Source: Octopus sinensis (lineage: Eukaryota). From it: a DNA stretch of 64,000 bases. The position numbers and the translations under genes were made by a program. Below, piece by piece: positions 40,301 through 53,680 of the stretch. The notes under the pieces were generated by a model. That model had not been told where the DNA came from, did not search any database, and worked only from the letters and a program-made list of their open reading frames with translations. Within the stretch, counting starts at the first letter, position 1; the number at the start of each line of letters is the position of its first letter. The stretch covers positions 28,520,001 through 28,584,000 of the forward strand of contig NC_043005.1 in NCBI RefSeq assembly GCF_006345805.1, in the 5' to 3' direction.

Positions 40301-42129
40301 TAAATTAGTACCAGTTGCATACTGGGGTCAATCTAATCGACTGGCCACTCCTCCCCAAAAATTTCGGGCCTTGTGCCTAGAGTAGAAAAGAATATTTCCC
40401 TATGGCAAGATGGGTTTTCCCACACATGTTGGACTTCTTTCAGTTTCCATCTACCAAATCCACTTATAAGGCTTTAGTTGACCCAGGGCTACAGAAAACA
40501 CTTGCTCACGGTGCCAGTAGGTGTGAACCGAAAACCATATGGTTGGAAATTAAACTGCTTCACCACATAGCCACACCTATGCTTGTGTGAATTAAAAACA
40601 TGATTATTTCAACAGTAATTTGTTGACCAAATTTTTTATACTTTACAATTGATTTCAATGATTTCTGTGTTATACAGGGGAAAGATTTTTCCATTTGGCT
40701 AAATGGGGGTTTTCCTGAGTAAGATTGAAGTTTCATAAAGTATTTTGTTTCTCGTCATAAAAAGTTGAAAGTATTACTGCCTCTAGCATGTAGAATATAC
40801 AAATTATAATCAAATATTATATCACAGTCATGTTTTATGGATATTTTCATTTTCTTTAAATCCATTATCTGAGAGAATTGGTGAAAATATTCTCATTTAA
40901 CAGTTTTTCCTACAACTGCTGGCAGTACTTTTAATGATAACTAAATATAACCATTTCTAACTGTAATTCCATATGTTAATCAGTTAAACTGGAAGCTTAT
41001 TTTAAATTCAGCAAGTGACTTGATCTGTGACTGTATTGAAAGTATAGCAGCTAAATCATGAAAGAATCGTTCTAGGTATGTAATGACACAAAAATTGTTA
41101 AATTCACTTTTAATTAATTTCATGAGCTGCCAAAATTTTTGTTGTACAACTGTAACTTGGTTACTGACACAACTGGACAGATGTGGAATTCTCAAAATTT
41201 TCTTTGCACATGTATTTCCAGTGCAGAGTTAAGGTCTGGGTCACAATTGTTGTCGTCATCATCATTTTATATCCACTTTCCATGCTGGCATGGGTTGGAC
41301 ATGTCATCATGGTCTGAGACACTTCCCATAGGGAGCCCTAACTCTCAAAGCTTAGTATACATATGTGCCATCTGGCTTGGTTTCTACAGCCGAATGTCTT
41401 TCCTTCTATCAAACACTACAGAGTATACTGGCCTGCATTTTCCCATGGCATCAATGAAGTTTGCATATTCCTTGATGAGACAGAACAAGAGGATCTGCAT
41501 AACCCTTCACTTTCTCTGCTCATTTAACTAACCACTTTATGGTATGAACAGTAGGTGGGGATGTTTGTAGACAGTGATATAAATCTGTAAGTGCAGAAAT
41601 GATTATAGAAGAATTGGGGTATAAGGGAGATGTAGGTAAAGAAAGCACTCAATATATTTGGGTGTTTACATTAGCAGGGATGACTGAGGAGGGAAACTAG
41701 AGAGGGAAGAAAAGACCAATGACATCAGAAGGACAGGAGGAGTGAGAGGATGGAAATAAAACAGGGATATGAAGAGAAGGTCAGTGAGAGGAGTTTTTTT
41801 GGTTATAGCAGGTGGGACACAGTAGAGGTGGGTTATGAGATGAAGGTAAGAGTGTGTGAAGGATGGCCATAGAAGTGAGGGCTGGTTGGTACAGGGTCTG
41901 AAGGAGAAGTGGATAGAAGTGATGAGGATGGTGAGGTCAGTATAGAAAGATGAGAGATGGAGGGCCATGAGTGATAAAAGAAATGGGTGAGAAGGGTGTT
42001 GAGCAATAGGTAGAAGTGATGTCAATGCTGTAAGGTGAGGGGGTCCAGAAATGTAGGCCTGTCAAGGAACAAATATTACAGCCTCTAAACACCATCCTTG
42101 AGTTAGAGTACTTGTAATAAGTTGATGGA

Positions 42130-42730
42130 TCTTCTGCTGCATCATGTCTCATTAATCAGTCTTGTATCATCTCCTTCATGAGATACAGCTTCAAGTCAGC
42201 CTTCACCACTTCATCCCCTGTCTTCCTTGGTCTCCCTCTTCTATGGGTTCAACTAACTTGCAGTGCTCAACCCTTCTTTGTGCAGCAGTCACATTCCATG
42301 TGCATCACATGCCCATATCAGCATAGCATTCTCTCTTGTACACCACACTCATTCCTCTTATACCCAATTTTCACCCAGTTCATTTGTACACTGAGGTTCA
42401 TGCATATTCACATTTCACATTCAGTAGAACATACTTGCCTCATTCCTTTCTAAACTTCTCAAGTCTTCTGCATTCAAGGTCCACATCTCACTACCATGCT
42501 ACATAGCAGTTTTAACACAATCATACAATCTACTCTGAATTTTCCTCAACCCGTTCTTACTCTGGTTGTTATACTTTCTGAACAGCCACCTCCCCTCCTA
42601 ACTATATCACCTCGGTAGCTGAAGTTATTGACTACTTACAGTGAGCCAGTGAGATATTTAAGAAAGTCTATTTCCTTATCCAGTACGGTCAACCCATTTA
42701 TTAACTCCTAAAGTCCTGTTGTGCTTTCTC
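42130..42730 (-). mobile_element. RTE-like LINE 3' fragment
   Basis: GRPRKTGDEVVKADLKL on minus strand. Confidence 0.7.
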
Positions 42731-43439
42731 TTTATAAATCCTTTTATCCTGTTAGAAATGAGAGATTTTGACAAAATATAGTCAGCCTGATATAAGAAAA
42801 AATCATAAAAATATTGCCTGAATTTGGTTGAAATTCACTGCTATTTTATGATTGTTGGTGTAAATTGTGAATGTGGTTTTTACCTTTTGTTGTTGACTTT
42901 CACCTGTTGTCATGCCACTTCCACCTACCTATGTGAAGTGAATACAGTTAAGTTTATTACATGTGTTTTCACACCTATTTTATAATGTATCAACTACTGA
43001 GTATTGATTTTCCAATTCAAACATAAATAAATAAATAATATCACTGAGGTCTCACCACTTAGGGTATTACCTACCATTCATCATCATCATTATCGTCATT
43101 ATGCTTAAAAAATTAAATATGAAAAGTTCAAGAAAATTGACTTGATAAAATGCTAAAAATGCTTGCATTATGCACGATGCAAGCAGAAAGTCTCATGACA
43201 AGAAATTCTTTCTAAAGTGAGGTTTAACTTTGTTTCTCACACAGAAGAGTATTTAGTTCCAACTGCAGTTTCATATGGTTTAAAATTTGGCAGCTGGTGT
43301 GCACATTTGTTACAGCTCTTCAAGAATTAAACCCCTCTTGTCCAATATGGTCAACCCATCTATTTAATTTTTATGGCTTGGTAGAAGGAAAAGGAAAGAA
43401 AAGAAAAAACCAGAACACATGATTTGGAACTTTACTAAA

Positions 43440-43800
43440 GGCATCCATGAACCATGCAGCCAATTCCTCCACTAGCATTCTTTCTCAACTTAATCAAATT
43501 CATAAGTGAGTTTCTAACATTGTTGGTCTTGTTTTGGCAGTTAAATTTCAAAACCTCTCTCATCACTGCCAGGACATTGCTTCTTTATCTCTGTTCTATA
43601 AATACTTCCATGGTGTATTGTTCTGCCAAACTTTTTTCTCTTGTTCCTCCACTTAATGTTATTAATAAAATGATTCATCTTTCCATTAACTCTCATCTTT
43701 TTGCTCTTCTTGTCCCCTCTTGTAAGAAGTATGTCTACTCTTGTGGTTTCTTTCCTTAGACGTCTCTAATGAAATTCTTATTTTTGGTTTCCAGATAGAA
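43440..43800 (+). mobile_element. CR1/Jockey-like LINE 3' fragment
   Basis: SHHCQDIASLSLFYKYFHG...LVP...FFP resembles the L.HRR.VA.LSLFYKY..G C-terminus. Confidence 0.6.
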
Positions 43801-45279
43801 GGATATCTTATTTCTTTATAATTTTCGGTAAATTTTTTTTTCATCTGTGTATAGGACTTCAAAAGTTAAATCTTCCTTTTCTAATATGGTTTACTAATTT
43901 ATTAAACTTTTTTATGGGGTTGTTTGGTTATTGTTGCCAACTTGCCACTTTATTAGGAATAACTTCCATTTAATGAAAAAAAAGTCCCCAATCCAAGAAC
44001 AGGTACATCCAACAAGCAGCCATATATTTTGCCTATCTACTCAATTTCACTCACATGGCTACAGTCAAGGCATAGCTATGACAGACATAATGTTTGCTCG
44101 GTACCTCGCAGTGGAATCAAACTTGGAGCCATATGATTGTCCAGTCAAACTTCTTAACCACATGACTCTGCCTACTCCCAGTTTGTAATATGGTCAATGA
44201 CATTCTAAGCCATTAATAAATTAAATGGAGTTGAGGAAATTTTTCTTTGTTGCTCAGATTAAACAGCAACACAGATGTTCCCTCATAACCTTAATTTGTT
44301 CAAGAATTAAATAACTGTAATTTATTTTCCTCAATTTATAGTCTTGAATATCAAGTAGCTTGTAACTAACACCATGCTGGAATACTAAATGTAGCATTAT
44401 CCCCTCCCCCTCCACACACTTTTGGTTTGTTTCGCCTATGCTGGAGCACCACTTACAGTAATTCAGTCTGTGTTTTCTTTTGTGTGCATGATCTCCTTTG
44501 TATATCTTATGGTTGATCAATTTTGTTTTTGTTTCTTTATTTTTTTCATATTACTAATTCAGGGGTCAGTGAATTGGTGGGAGTTATTTTACCCTGCTTC
44601 TAACATTTAAGGGCTGATTCATTGTGAGAGATCAGGCTTGAACTTTGGTGTAGTGGGTCACATGATGTTCACAAAATGTTTGAAGCCTTTTGAACACTTT
44701 GTGAATATCATGTGGCAGTGTTCAAAGCCTTTTCACAGCTTCTTTGACTAGGGAAGCGTTAACAATGCCCCGTTGTCATTGGCAATGTTACAAGCTTTAA
44801 GGTAAGATTTTGCGACATTTTATAACATCTTACACTGATCCCTTGGATTGTAATCCATTGGTTAATGCGCCATAAAAGAAATTTTAGTACTTGGCTTTTC
44901 TCCATTCAGACAGTATGTTGTACCCAGCTGGTCTTTGATAAGGAAATCTTCAGTGCCTTCAATCTCATACCATTCAAGTGCAGTTGTATTAGATGCCTTA
45001 CCCTTCTTTGAGGCACTGCAGATATTCCAGGGGAATCTTATGTGGAACTTGTCTAGGTCTTTTTCATATGTTGATGGAGCCATCTCTAGGTCTTATTGTT
45101 ATGTAAAAGTCTGGTTAGAGCAACTGTTTGATATGAAGCAAACTTCATTCTGTGGTGGTCCAGGATCAGATGGGCATCCTGTAGTGCAGGCTGCTGAAGA
45201 CACTGCTTGCTTTCCCTATCCATGTTGTGGATATTGTGAGAAAAAGCCCTCCAAATAGTAGAACTTCTGTAGTCTTTAA

Positions 45280-45487
45280 CCCTTTCGTTACTGTATTTAT
45301 TTTCAGAAGCTCTGTGTTTCTTTCAATTACTTTAAATATAACAAAGAATTTATTAAAATAACTTAGTTATCATTCAGCTAGTGTTAGGAACATAAATTGT
45401 GACTAAGGTTTGGTGGAAGATTTTAATTCAAAACTTATGCAAACAAGACATTTGTACTCAGTCAGAGCTGGGTTGGTAACGAAAGGG
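45280..45487. mobile_element. piggyBac-type MITE
   Basis: Perfect 12-bp TIR CCCTTTCGTTAC/GTAACGAAAGGG with TTAA on both sides; older relative at 52858-53080. Confidence 0.9.
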
Positions 45488-45541
45488 TTAATTGGTCTTG
45501 TTCTGAAACACTGGGAAAATATGCATCTAGACATCCTGTAA

Positions 45542-45761
45542 CCCTTTAGCATTTAAACCAGTCATATCCAGCCAACATATTCTGCCTGTTTTATGTTCAA
45601 ATTGGCCAAAATCCAGCCTCTCACACCTACCCTACAATGTTATTCTAAAAATAAACAGTCACATCATTAAAATCTCAAAGCTACAAGATTATGCATGATT
45701 AATTCAAACCAATGTGAATAAAAGACATCACATTTGACAGAAAAATCTTTATGCTAAAGGA
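45542..45761. mobile_element. piggyBac-type MITE, second family
   Basis: GTAA|CCCTTTAGCAT...ATGCTAAAGGA|TTAA. Confidence 0.8.
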
Positions 45762-45971
45762 TTAAATGCCCCTGAGAAAAGTTTGTTAAACTTCTTGGTC
45801 TTGGTTATTTTTAGATAAATATCAATATTGTTAAATGTAGATATGGTTATTTTATTATTAAATATCAATATTCACAGTATTTTAATGTAATCATAGGAAC
45901 ATTTTACAATATTGTTATCGGCAACATTGCATCCATATTGACATTTTAGCAATATTTCATCTATATAGACA

Positions 45972-46334
45972 TTTATTACCTCTGCCTTAGTGAAAGCAGA
46001 GGTATTGTTTTCAGTCCTGTTTGTTTGTCTGTGGACAAAATATCTCAAGAACCACTGAATGGATTCAGATGAAACTTTCAGGGTAGTTTGGCCTCATGAC
46101 TGACATGAACAAATTAGATTTTGGGATCAATCCAGTACTGGGCAAGGATTCTGGATTATTTTTCCTGTTTTTTTACTTAATTTTTGAGAGCTGTCGGGTT
46201 CATTTTTGGTATTCTCATTTGTGAGAGCAGTCAAGTTTATTTCAGATATTCTCATTTTAAAAATCGTCTCTGGCTAATCATTGAGAAGATGGTGTTGCTT
46301 TGGCGGAGGTTTGCCTTCTCTAGGTGTTCTTGTT
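45972..46334. mobile_element. Helentron-associated non-autonomous element (HINE/DINE-like)
   Basis: TTATTACCTCTGCC...GCAGAGGT 5' stem, (GTTT/GTCT)n tract, subterminal GGCGGAGGT inverted repeat, ends in a TT context. Confidence 0.7.
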
Positions 46335-46699
46335 AATATTACAATCATACGAACATTTTATAATATTGTTACGAATCCTCTTTCCCAGGGGGTGCAGTCT
46401 TAACACTTCTGCTGTGGAGGACAGGTATATATATATATATATATATAAGGGTAATAATACCCAATTTTTCTGCTGTTTTAACAATGATACTGCATTTAGA
46501 ATATCACTTTCTTAACTGTATCATACAATACACATTCAATGGTTCTAAAAAACATTTGTTTATATACATATGTGGTTGTTACATGCATACATACATATAT
46601 ACATGTGTGTGTGTGTGTGTTTGTGTATACACATTCACAGTAACTACATTGTATTTGTTTTGGTGTTCACCCAGGATAGATTGTGCTGGTTCCAGCACA

Positions 46700-47610
46700 T
46701 GAATCTACCGATCATCATGAACAGAAATTGACCACACTTGACAATGACCAAACACCCAATATATCAACCAGTCGTGATTCCAACAGCAGAAGCCACAAAT
46801 GCTAGGATCAGATACTGATTCATGATCTAACTCAATCCTGCTCATCCACGTTTTCAGCTGTCTGCCTCATCTTTTGTGTTGTCTTGGGATACACTCAATT
46901 TTATTAATGATTTGCCTTGTGGATAGTGGAGTGCATGACCAAACTGATGGAAGCACCTTTTATGTAAGAGTTATTGAGAGAAATTCATCTAGGAATGACA
47001 ATGAACTTTGGAGTTTGACGCAAAATACAAGCTCACAATTATGGAGGATTTGATGAAGGCAAAAGTAGTCAAAGACTTTCTGTTTGTGTAAATTGTAAAT
47101 CCATCACTTTCATTGGCTGCATCTCACAGCTGTGCAGTAGGACACTGTGAATGAGTGGTTGACAGATGCAAATTCCATAGCATCTTGAATCATCAACTTC
47201 AACCAAAGCTCACTTTGAACACAGCATAAGCCCAGTGAATATGGACATTTTTTCCATGAGTGGTCTGGTCTGTTACAGTGAAGGCAGCACCAAGGTACTT
47301 GAATCAATCTATCACTTCTCAGATCTTGCCTGGACTTTTCCCTTTATCAACCACTTAGCCATCATCAGTTATTTCACAAGTCATCAATATCATCAAAGTA
47401 GGATCTTGTTCCACAATGACTCTTTGAAAATTCTCCAAAGCACACTTTGAAATTCAGTTCTTGGCAATATTTGAAGAGTTGGAAATAGAAGACAGCACTG
47501 CTGGACACTTGAATACATTTAGAAAAACTCAGAGTCCTCACTCTAACCTTTGATCATGTAGAGCTATAGTAGATCTAATTCATCCATCATCATGGTACCC
47601 ATATAATGCT
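46700..47610 (-). mobile_element. RTE-like LINE relic
   Basis: FKYLGAAFT thumb-region motif followed by degraded downstream RT sequence. Confidence 0.65.
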
Positions 47611-47825
47611 GTGATTAACAAAATCAAAGGTTGCCATGTAGTCCTTAAAACAAGTGATGGTTCAGTGTTGTTAGCTCTACTTTTCTTCTAGAATCCTTTT
47701 CAAGGTGAAAATTTTAGCCCGTGCAACCCCAGCTAAGATCACACTGATTTTTAGTTACTATATAAGTTACTAGACATATTGTCACATGCAAGAAAGACCT
47801 TTGTTCAATATAGTAATGCTTTTAG

Positions 47826-48265
47826 GGTAGCAAGCTGGCCGAATTGTTAGCAGGCCAGGTGAAATGCTTAGCAATATGTCATCTGTCTTTATATTCTGAG
47901 TTCAAATTCTGCCGAGGTCAACTTTGCCTTTCATCCTTTTGGGGTCGATAAATTAAGTACCTGTTGCACACTGGGGTCAATCTTTTAACTCAGAACATAA
48001 AGATGAAATACCACTAAGCATTTCGCCCAGCATGCTAACAATTCTGCCAGCTCACCGCCTTAAAATTCTTTTCTATTCTAGGCACAAGGCCTGAAATTTT
48101 GGGGAGTAGGTCAGTCAATTAGATTGACCCCAGTGCGCAACTGGTACTTAATTTATCGACCCCAGAAAGGATGAAAGGCAAAGTTGAACTCAGAACGTAA
48201 AGACAAATGAAATACTGCTAAGCATTTTGCCCAGTGTGCTAACAATTCTGCCAGCCCACTGCCTT
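47826..48265. mobile_element. Three adjacent Meta-type SINE pieces (+, -, -) forming a fold-back
   Basis: 47826-47983 is the reverse complement of much of 48120-48265 and of 47985-48062. Confidence 0.85.
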
Positions 48266-48884
48266 TACATTTACAAATATTAACATATTTTTTGTATGTT
48301 ATGTCTATCTTTGAAACTACTATCTTTTAATCGGTCATTGTAATAAGGAACAGAGTGATTAAAGGTTCTTTATAGGAGGATGTACTAAATATGTGCTAAA
48401 CATTATTTATTGAATATTTCTTGTCACCTCTGTTTGTAAACACAGGCTCAAATGATAACCAACCTTTAAATGTATTTATTATTCATTTATTTTTCGTCCT
48501 TTTTATGTTAGCATGTGTTAGATGAATATATTATTGAGACATTGTTTTATAGCCAGGTGCCTTTCCTATCACTAATCCTTACCTGTTTTTCATGCTGCGG
48601 ATTTCTTACTTCACACATCTTAGAAGGCCCAGAGCAAATGGACAATTTGTTGATTGAGGAAGTGACAACAACACTGCTTGTAACAAGCAAGAATATAAAA
48701 TATATATACACGCGCGCGCAAACACACACACACACACACACAGAGTGATCTTCTTTCAGTTTCCTTCTCCACATTCACTCACAAGGTTTTAGTTGCCCTC
48801 GTGCTATGAAAACATTTAGCCAAGGGATTGAACCTAAAATCATGTAGTTAGGAAGCAAACTTCTCAACTGCACAACCTATATTT

Positions 48885-48932
<48 letters not shown>

Positions 48933-50158
48933 TGCTATGCTAACCTACAGGTATATATGACAACTATTATTTTCTTCTATGTAAAGCTGTTGTATTGAGT
49001 TACTCTGAGTAAACAATATAAAATGTAGAAATAAGTCTCATCATGTGATGAGATCTCCTAAGACTGATAAGAATAAAGAGTAAAACAAAATTCTATTGAT
49101 TTTTCAAAGACAGTTTGTTTGCCTGATTGTACTGATAATATATTTCTGTGGTGGATTGGTAAACGTTTCATTCTGTGACCATATCAGCGATTTCACTGAA
49201 CCGAATAGTGTGTATGTGTGTGTAGAACTGTGCATATGTAGATGGAAGGGAAGAAACAACACACACAAATTCATAGACTGTGATGACACAATGATTTGTT
49301 AGGCTGCGATGACAGGATGGTTGTTAGTTTGTGATGACAGAATAGGTTGTTGGATTGTGATGACAGAACAAGTTATGGGGTTTTGATGATGGAATGAGCT
49401 GTTTGATTGTGGTGAAAGTGAATCCAAAGATGCAGTCTTATTTCTTGTGATTAAATAAAATAAAACATTTTGTTATTCCAAGCAGATTAAATACATTTGA
49501 CAGAATTTCTGTGGGGTTTTCTTTCTTTAATTTCTAAATACCCTGAAACCAGGCTAGTCTACTGGTCCTGTCAAATTGCAAGATTAGTGGCTGGATTTCT
49601 TTCTTTAATTTAATGTCAAATTAAATTGAAATAGTTTATTTTCTTAAGAAATATATTTAATTTGTGTCTCTCTTAGGAACTTTATTTAAAGTTATAATTA
49701 TTTACATAAACATGTTACTTTCCAATAACATTAAATTCTCTTTAATTCATGGCCAGCATGTTGAAATTAAGAAACTTTTGTTTATTCTATAGCTGACCTA
49801 GAACTCAGGAAGTGGGATGGCATTAATATTCTCATCATTTAACTTTTCATTCTGATGTGGGTTGGATAGGTGTGGCATACAACATATCAATCACTATTTC
49901 TCTGGATATTCTACCAACTCTCTCTATGAGTCCCAGCATCCTAAGATTCAACATAGTTGCTCCTTTTTGTACCATAGCCCTAAGCCTGTCTTTCATGCAC
50001 CATGTCAGCTGATAACTTACACCTTGCATTTATGTTATCATTACACATTCAACAAATTATACTCACCTTTTTCCCTCCAACTCCACTGATTTGCCATATT
50101 CAATGTCACATGTTTCACACCACCATGTAGTGCTACACACTTTATATATACCTTAAAC

Positions 50159-50446
50159 CAATGTTTCTCAAACTATCTGATGTGGGGTGCCAGCAGTTTT
50201 GTTCCTAATGTGCCAGGGACCGGTAATATTTCTTAGTAATATTAATTTATACCGGAAACAATATATATAATTAATATAATAAAAGTTGACAATTTTAAAA
50301 ATCTTTAATTCATTTTGTAAACAAATAATACAGTATTACATAAGCATTTTATAATGTTTCTTTCTTTTCTGTAAGCTCACTGCATACTGGTAGCTGATGG
50401 CTTGCAACCGGCACCAGTCCACAGACCACCACTTTGAGTAGCACTG
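50159..50446. mobile_element. hAT (Charlie/MER5-like) MITE
   Basis: TIRs CAATGTTTCTCAAA / TTTGAGTAGCACTG; 8-bp TSD CCTTAAAC / CCTTAAAG. Confidence 0.85.
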
Positions 50447-51548
50447 CCTTAAAGAACACTGAAGTAATACAAATTGTTACATCTAGGGAACCATGTGAGC
50501 AGTTAATAAACCTTATTTTCTGGTTGCTCCTGCTGTTATTGTTTTTCATAGTGTAAGGAATAGATAAATATTCATCTGTATGGTGTATACTATTTAAAAG
50601 AATCTCCAGTTAATAGGTACAGATGTAGCTTTGTGGTTAGGAAGATTGTTTCCCAACCACATAATTTCAGGTTCAGACTCACTGTGTGGTACCTTGGGCA
50701 AGTATCTTCTACTTCAGCACCAGGCCAGCCAATGACTTGTAAGTTGATTTTGTGGCTGGAAATGAAAGACAGTTCCATACGTTTTCTTTCTCTTTTCATA
50801 TCCTTACCAAAGCAAAAACATTGGAGTTTCAGGAAACTAGTGAAGGGGTATAGTGCCAAAAATTAAATTTACCAAATGGAATATATTTGTTGCCATAGAA
50901 AGAGGGGACTCATAAAATTTTATAAGGGATTGTTTTACTATTTTGTAAACTTTATTTCTGTAATTTAAATTAAAACTGACAAGTTAGGTTTTACAAAACG
51001 GAAATCAAAAACAAAACAAACATTTTATAATTAATGTAGTAATTTTAATTTTTTAATCTTCAAGAATTTTTGCAGACTTTTTATCTTTTCTTGGCTAGAT
51101 GCTGAAATCTCAGTGAAACTGAGTTTTTATTGGTACCGGTAAGATGTAACAAAATAACTACAATAAGCAATAATTTCAATTGATTCTTGTAAAATGAAGG
51201 AATTGCCAAATGTGATAGAATTATTCATTCTGCTAAAACTGGCATCGGAGCAGTTATGTTGTTATATGGCCTTAGGTAAACTCTGATTGATCAGACCTTA
51301 TGATCAAAGGCATCCCAACCATAACCATCATTTAATCTTTTGGGGTTTTTTTGGGGTTTTTTTTGTCAAGCAAGATATTTTAGGCTTCCTGGAGTTTGGT
51401 CTGATTTGATGTACATTTGACTGCTGATTCTAGCCAGCTGAACTGCCATATGATGGCTCCCCCTGTTCATCCTATTCATTTATTGTCATAACAGTTTAAA
51501 TATATATTTTATTTAAAGATTTTATTTTGAAAAATTGCATTAATGTAA

Positions 51549-51578
51549 TTTTTTACATTTTTTTCATTCTAGGTAAGT
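51549..51578 (+). promoter_or_regulatory. Candidate recursive splice site (ratchet point)
   Basis: TTTTTTACATTTTTTTCATTCTAG|GTAAGT: strong acceptor directly followed by a perfect donor. Confidence 0.5.
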
Positions 51579-51869
51579 GAAACAGAAAAAACGGATTTTA
51601 TTTTTACACATGGAAAAGGATATTATGTTTGTTTGTTTTTTCCATTTTAATATTGGAAAACCATTCTGCTGTTATAAGAGAAGACTACAAGTGTCATCTT
51701 ATGAACAAGGTATTTCTCATAAACGTGTATTTAGTAACTTGTTATCCATAAAGTACAGAATTAATTGTGAGGATTTCTTCTCCATTCCTAAAATAATTTA
51801 CTTTTTAAAAAAATTTATAAACAGAAAAGGTTTAAGAAAATGTCTTATTTTGAAATATTAACAGAACAT

Positions 51870-52160
51870 AATAATACTAGAAATATAGCTCCAGAGATTA
51901 GAGTCTCTCCAAGTTGAGCTGCTACTTCTCCGCATTGAGAGGTCACAGCTCTGGTACTACAGACTTGTGGCTAGAATATCACAGGCAAGATTTACAAGAC
52001 AGATTCTTCAAGCTGAGCCAGCTGGCAGGAGACCTAGGGGTAGAGTAAGAATAAGATAGTTGGATAATATCCATAGTCTCAGATGGTCACACTTGAGAAT
52101 CCAATTGGATAGTGTTGCTTCTGACGGGACCCTATGGAGGACTCTACTCCAACAATCCAC
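51870..52160 (+). mobile_element. RTE (Expander-like) LINE 3' fragment
   Basis: LLLRIERSQLW...GRRPRGRVRIR*LDNI. Confidence 0.75.
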
Positions 52161-53369
52161 CTAGGAATAATAAGGTGGATGGAGGGATGGAACATTTTGA
52201 GGTTTCATTTAGTTTTTCCATGATTTTTCTTTTCACATCACCATCTCACATTACCAGTCATTCTTTGCTATTAAGTTCTTATTTTCTCATATTTCACCAA
52301 ATAATATAAACACAATTTGTCAATTTAATCTGTTTAAACAATGAAAGTACACATTTCCTTCCTGTCATAAATCTACTTGGTTGACAAAATAAAATACAAA
52401 TTTAGGCTTGAATTCAGTGTCTGTGGTCAGAAGTAAATTATTGTATTTCCATTAAATTTGCTAAAATCCCTTCCGTTTTGCTGTCCTTTCATTTTCTGAC
52501 CCTCTGAGCTCCTCAAGTCATATTTTAATCTGACATATTCTATATATTCAATTATTTCAATTTTAATAGTTTAATTCTTAGTTTATTCCCACAATGTCTG
52601 TGAGGCTAAACTGTGTAGTCATAAGTTCCAACCTGAGCACTGCAGATATTTGTTTTCCTGCTCCTGCATTAATGCTTCTTACCCACTCTTACTGACTGAT
52701 GTGCAGGTTCCACTTCTATTTCCTAAGTCACAATTGCCTAGGTAACAGTTAGCAGCAGATCCATCAGTAAACATCAATACTCCTATAACATGTAAATGCT
52801 CAAATCTCTGAAACCCATTTCATATACATTCAATTGTAAAACTGATTACATGATTAACCCTTTTGATACCAACCCACGTGAGACCACCCATCCTGGTTCT
52901 ATGATACAAACTTCTTCCTTTAAAGTGATCTAAATTAACACCTTCCATCAAAATTTCATATTAATTTATGTTCCAAATATTAGCTTAAAAATGACAGTAA
53001 TTTTATTAATTTCTTCATTACTTTCAAAATTGATTTAAACAAAGGCAGTGTATTTTAACAGAAATATGGCAACAAAAGGTTTGATAAGATAGGTGAGTGT
53101 TGTATATGTTGTACACCTGACACTATTATAGTATTATGTATGTGATTGACAGAGGCAAATTCACTGCTCTAATATTACTTTAGCAGAGATGGTAAGGATT
53201 TTTATTACTGGCTAATCACGCCAATCACTGAACCAATCTGAATGTCAGAATTTGCACAACTTTGAAACCTTATTAGCATAGGACAGGTTCATGGTTTTAT
53301 TTTTGTTCTACCTCACCATGTAATAATAATTATAATAATAATTGTAGTAGACTGACTAAGAATTTAGGT

Positions 53370-53680
53370 TACCTGAATAGATATCAGTTGTGAAAAATCA
53401 TGTTGAAAAGATTTTTGATGGATGTTGCAGTCCCAGCTGAACAAAGTACATCTCTGAAAATGTTTAAGAAATTGAGCAAATACAAGGACTTGGAAATAAA
53501 AATCAGAAGAATGTGGCATCACGAAGCAACAACATTAAGTATTGTTGTTGGAGCACTTGGAATGATAACAAAAGGATCAAACAAATATGTTGACCAAATT
53601 CCTGGTTGCTCCAAAATAATTCCAAAAGATCATACTTGTGGATCCATTGCATATTTTACATAAATTCCTCTCCATGTAAA
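53370..53680 (+). mobile_element. R4/Dong-clade non-LTR element, REL endonuclease C-terminus
   Basis: LMDVAVP...KLSKYKDLEIKIRRMW...IVVGALG; preceded by a (TAA)n tract, the known Dong target. Confidence 0.85.

Larger units (their letters stand above)
44590..45790 (-). mobile_element. Degraded LINE (CR1/L2-like) carrying two MITE insertions
   Basis: Coding-like relic with broken frames (KDLDKF..., LKACNIA...); weak motif match. Confidence 0.45.
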
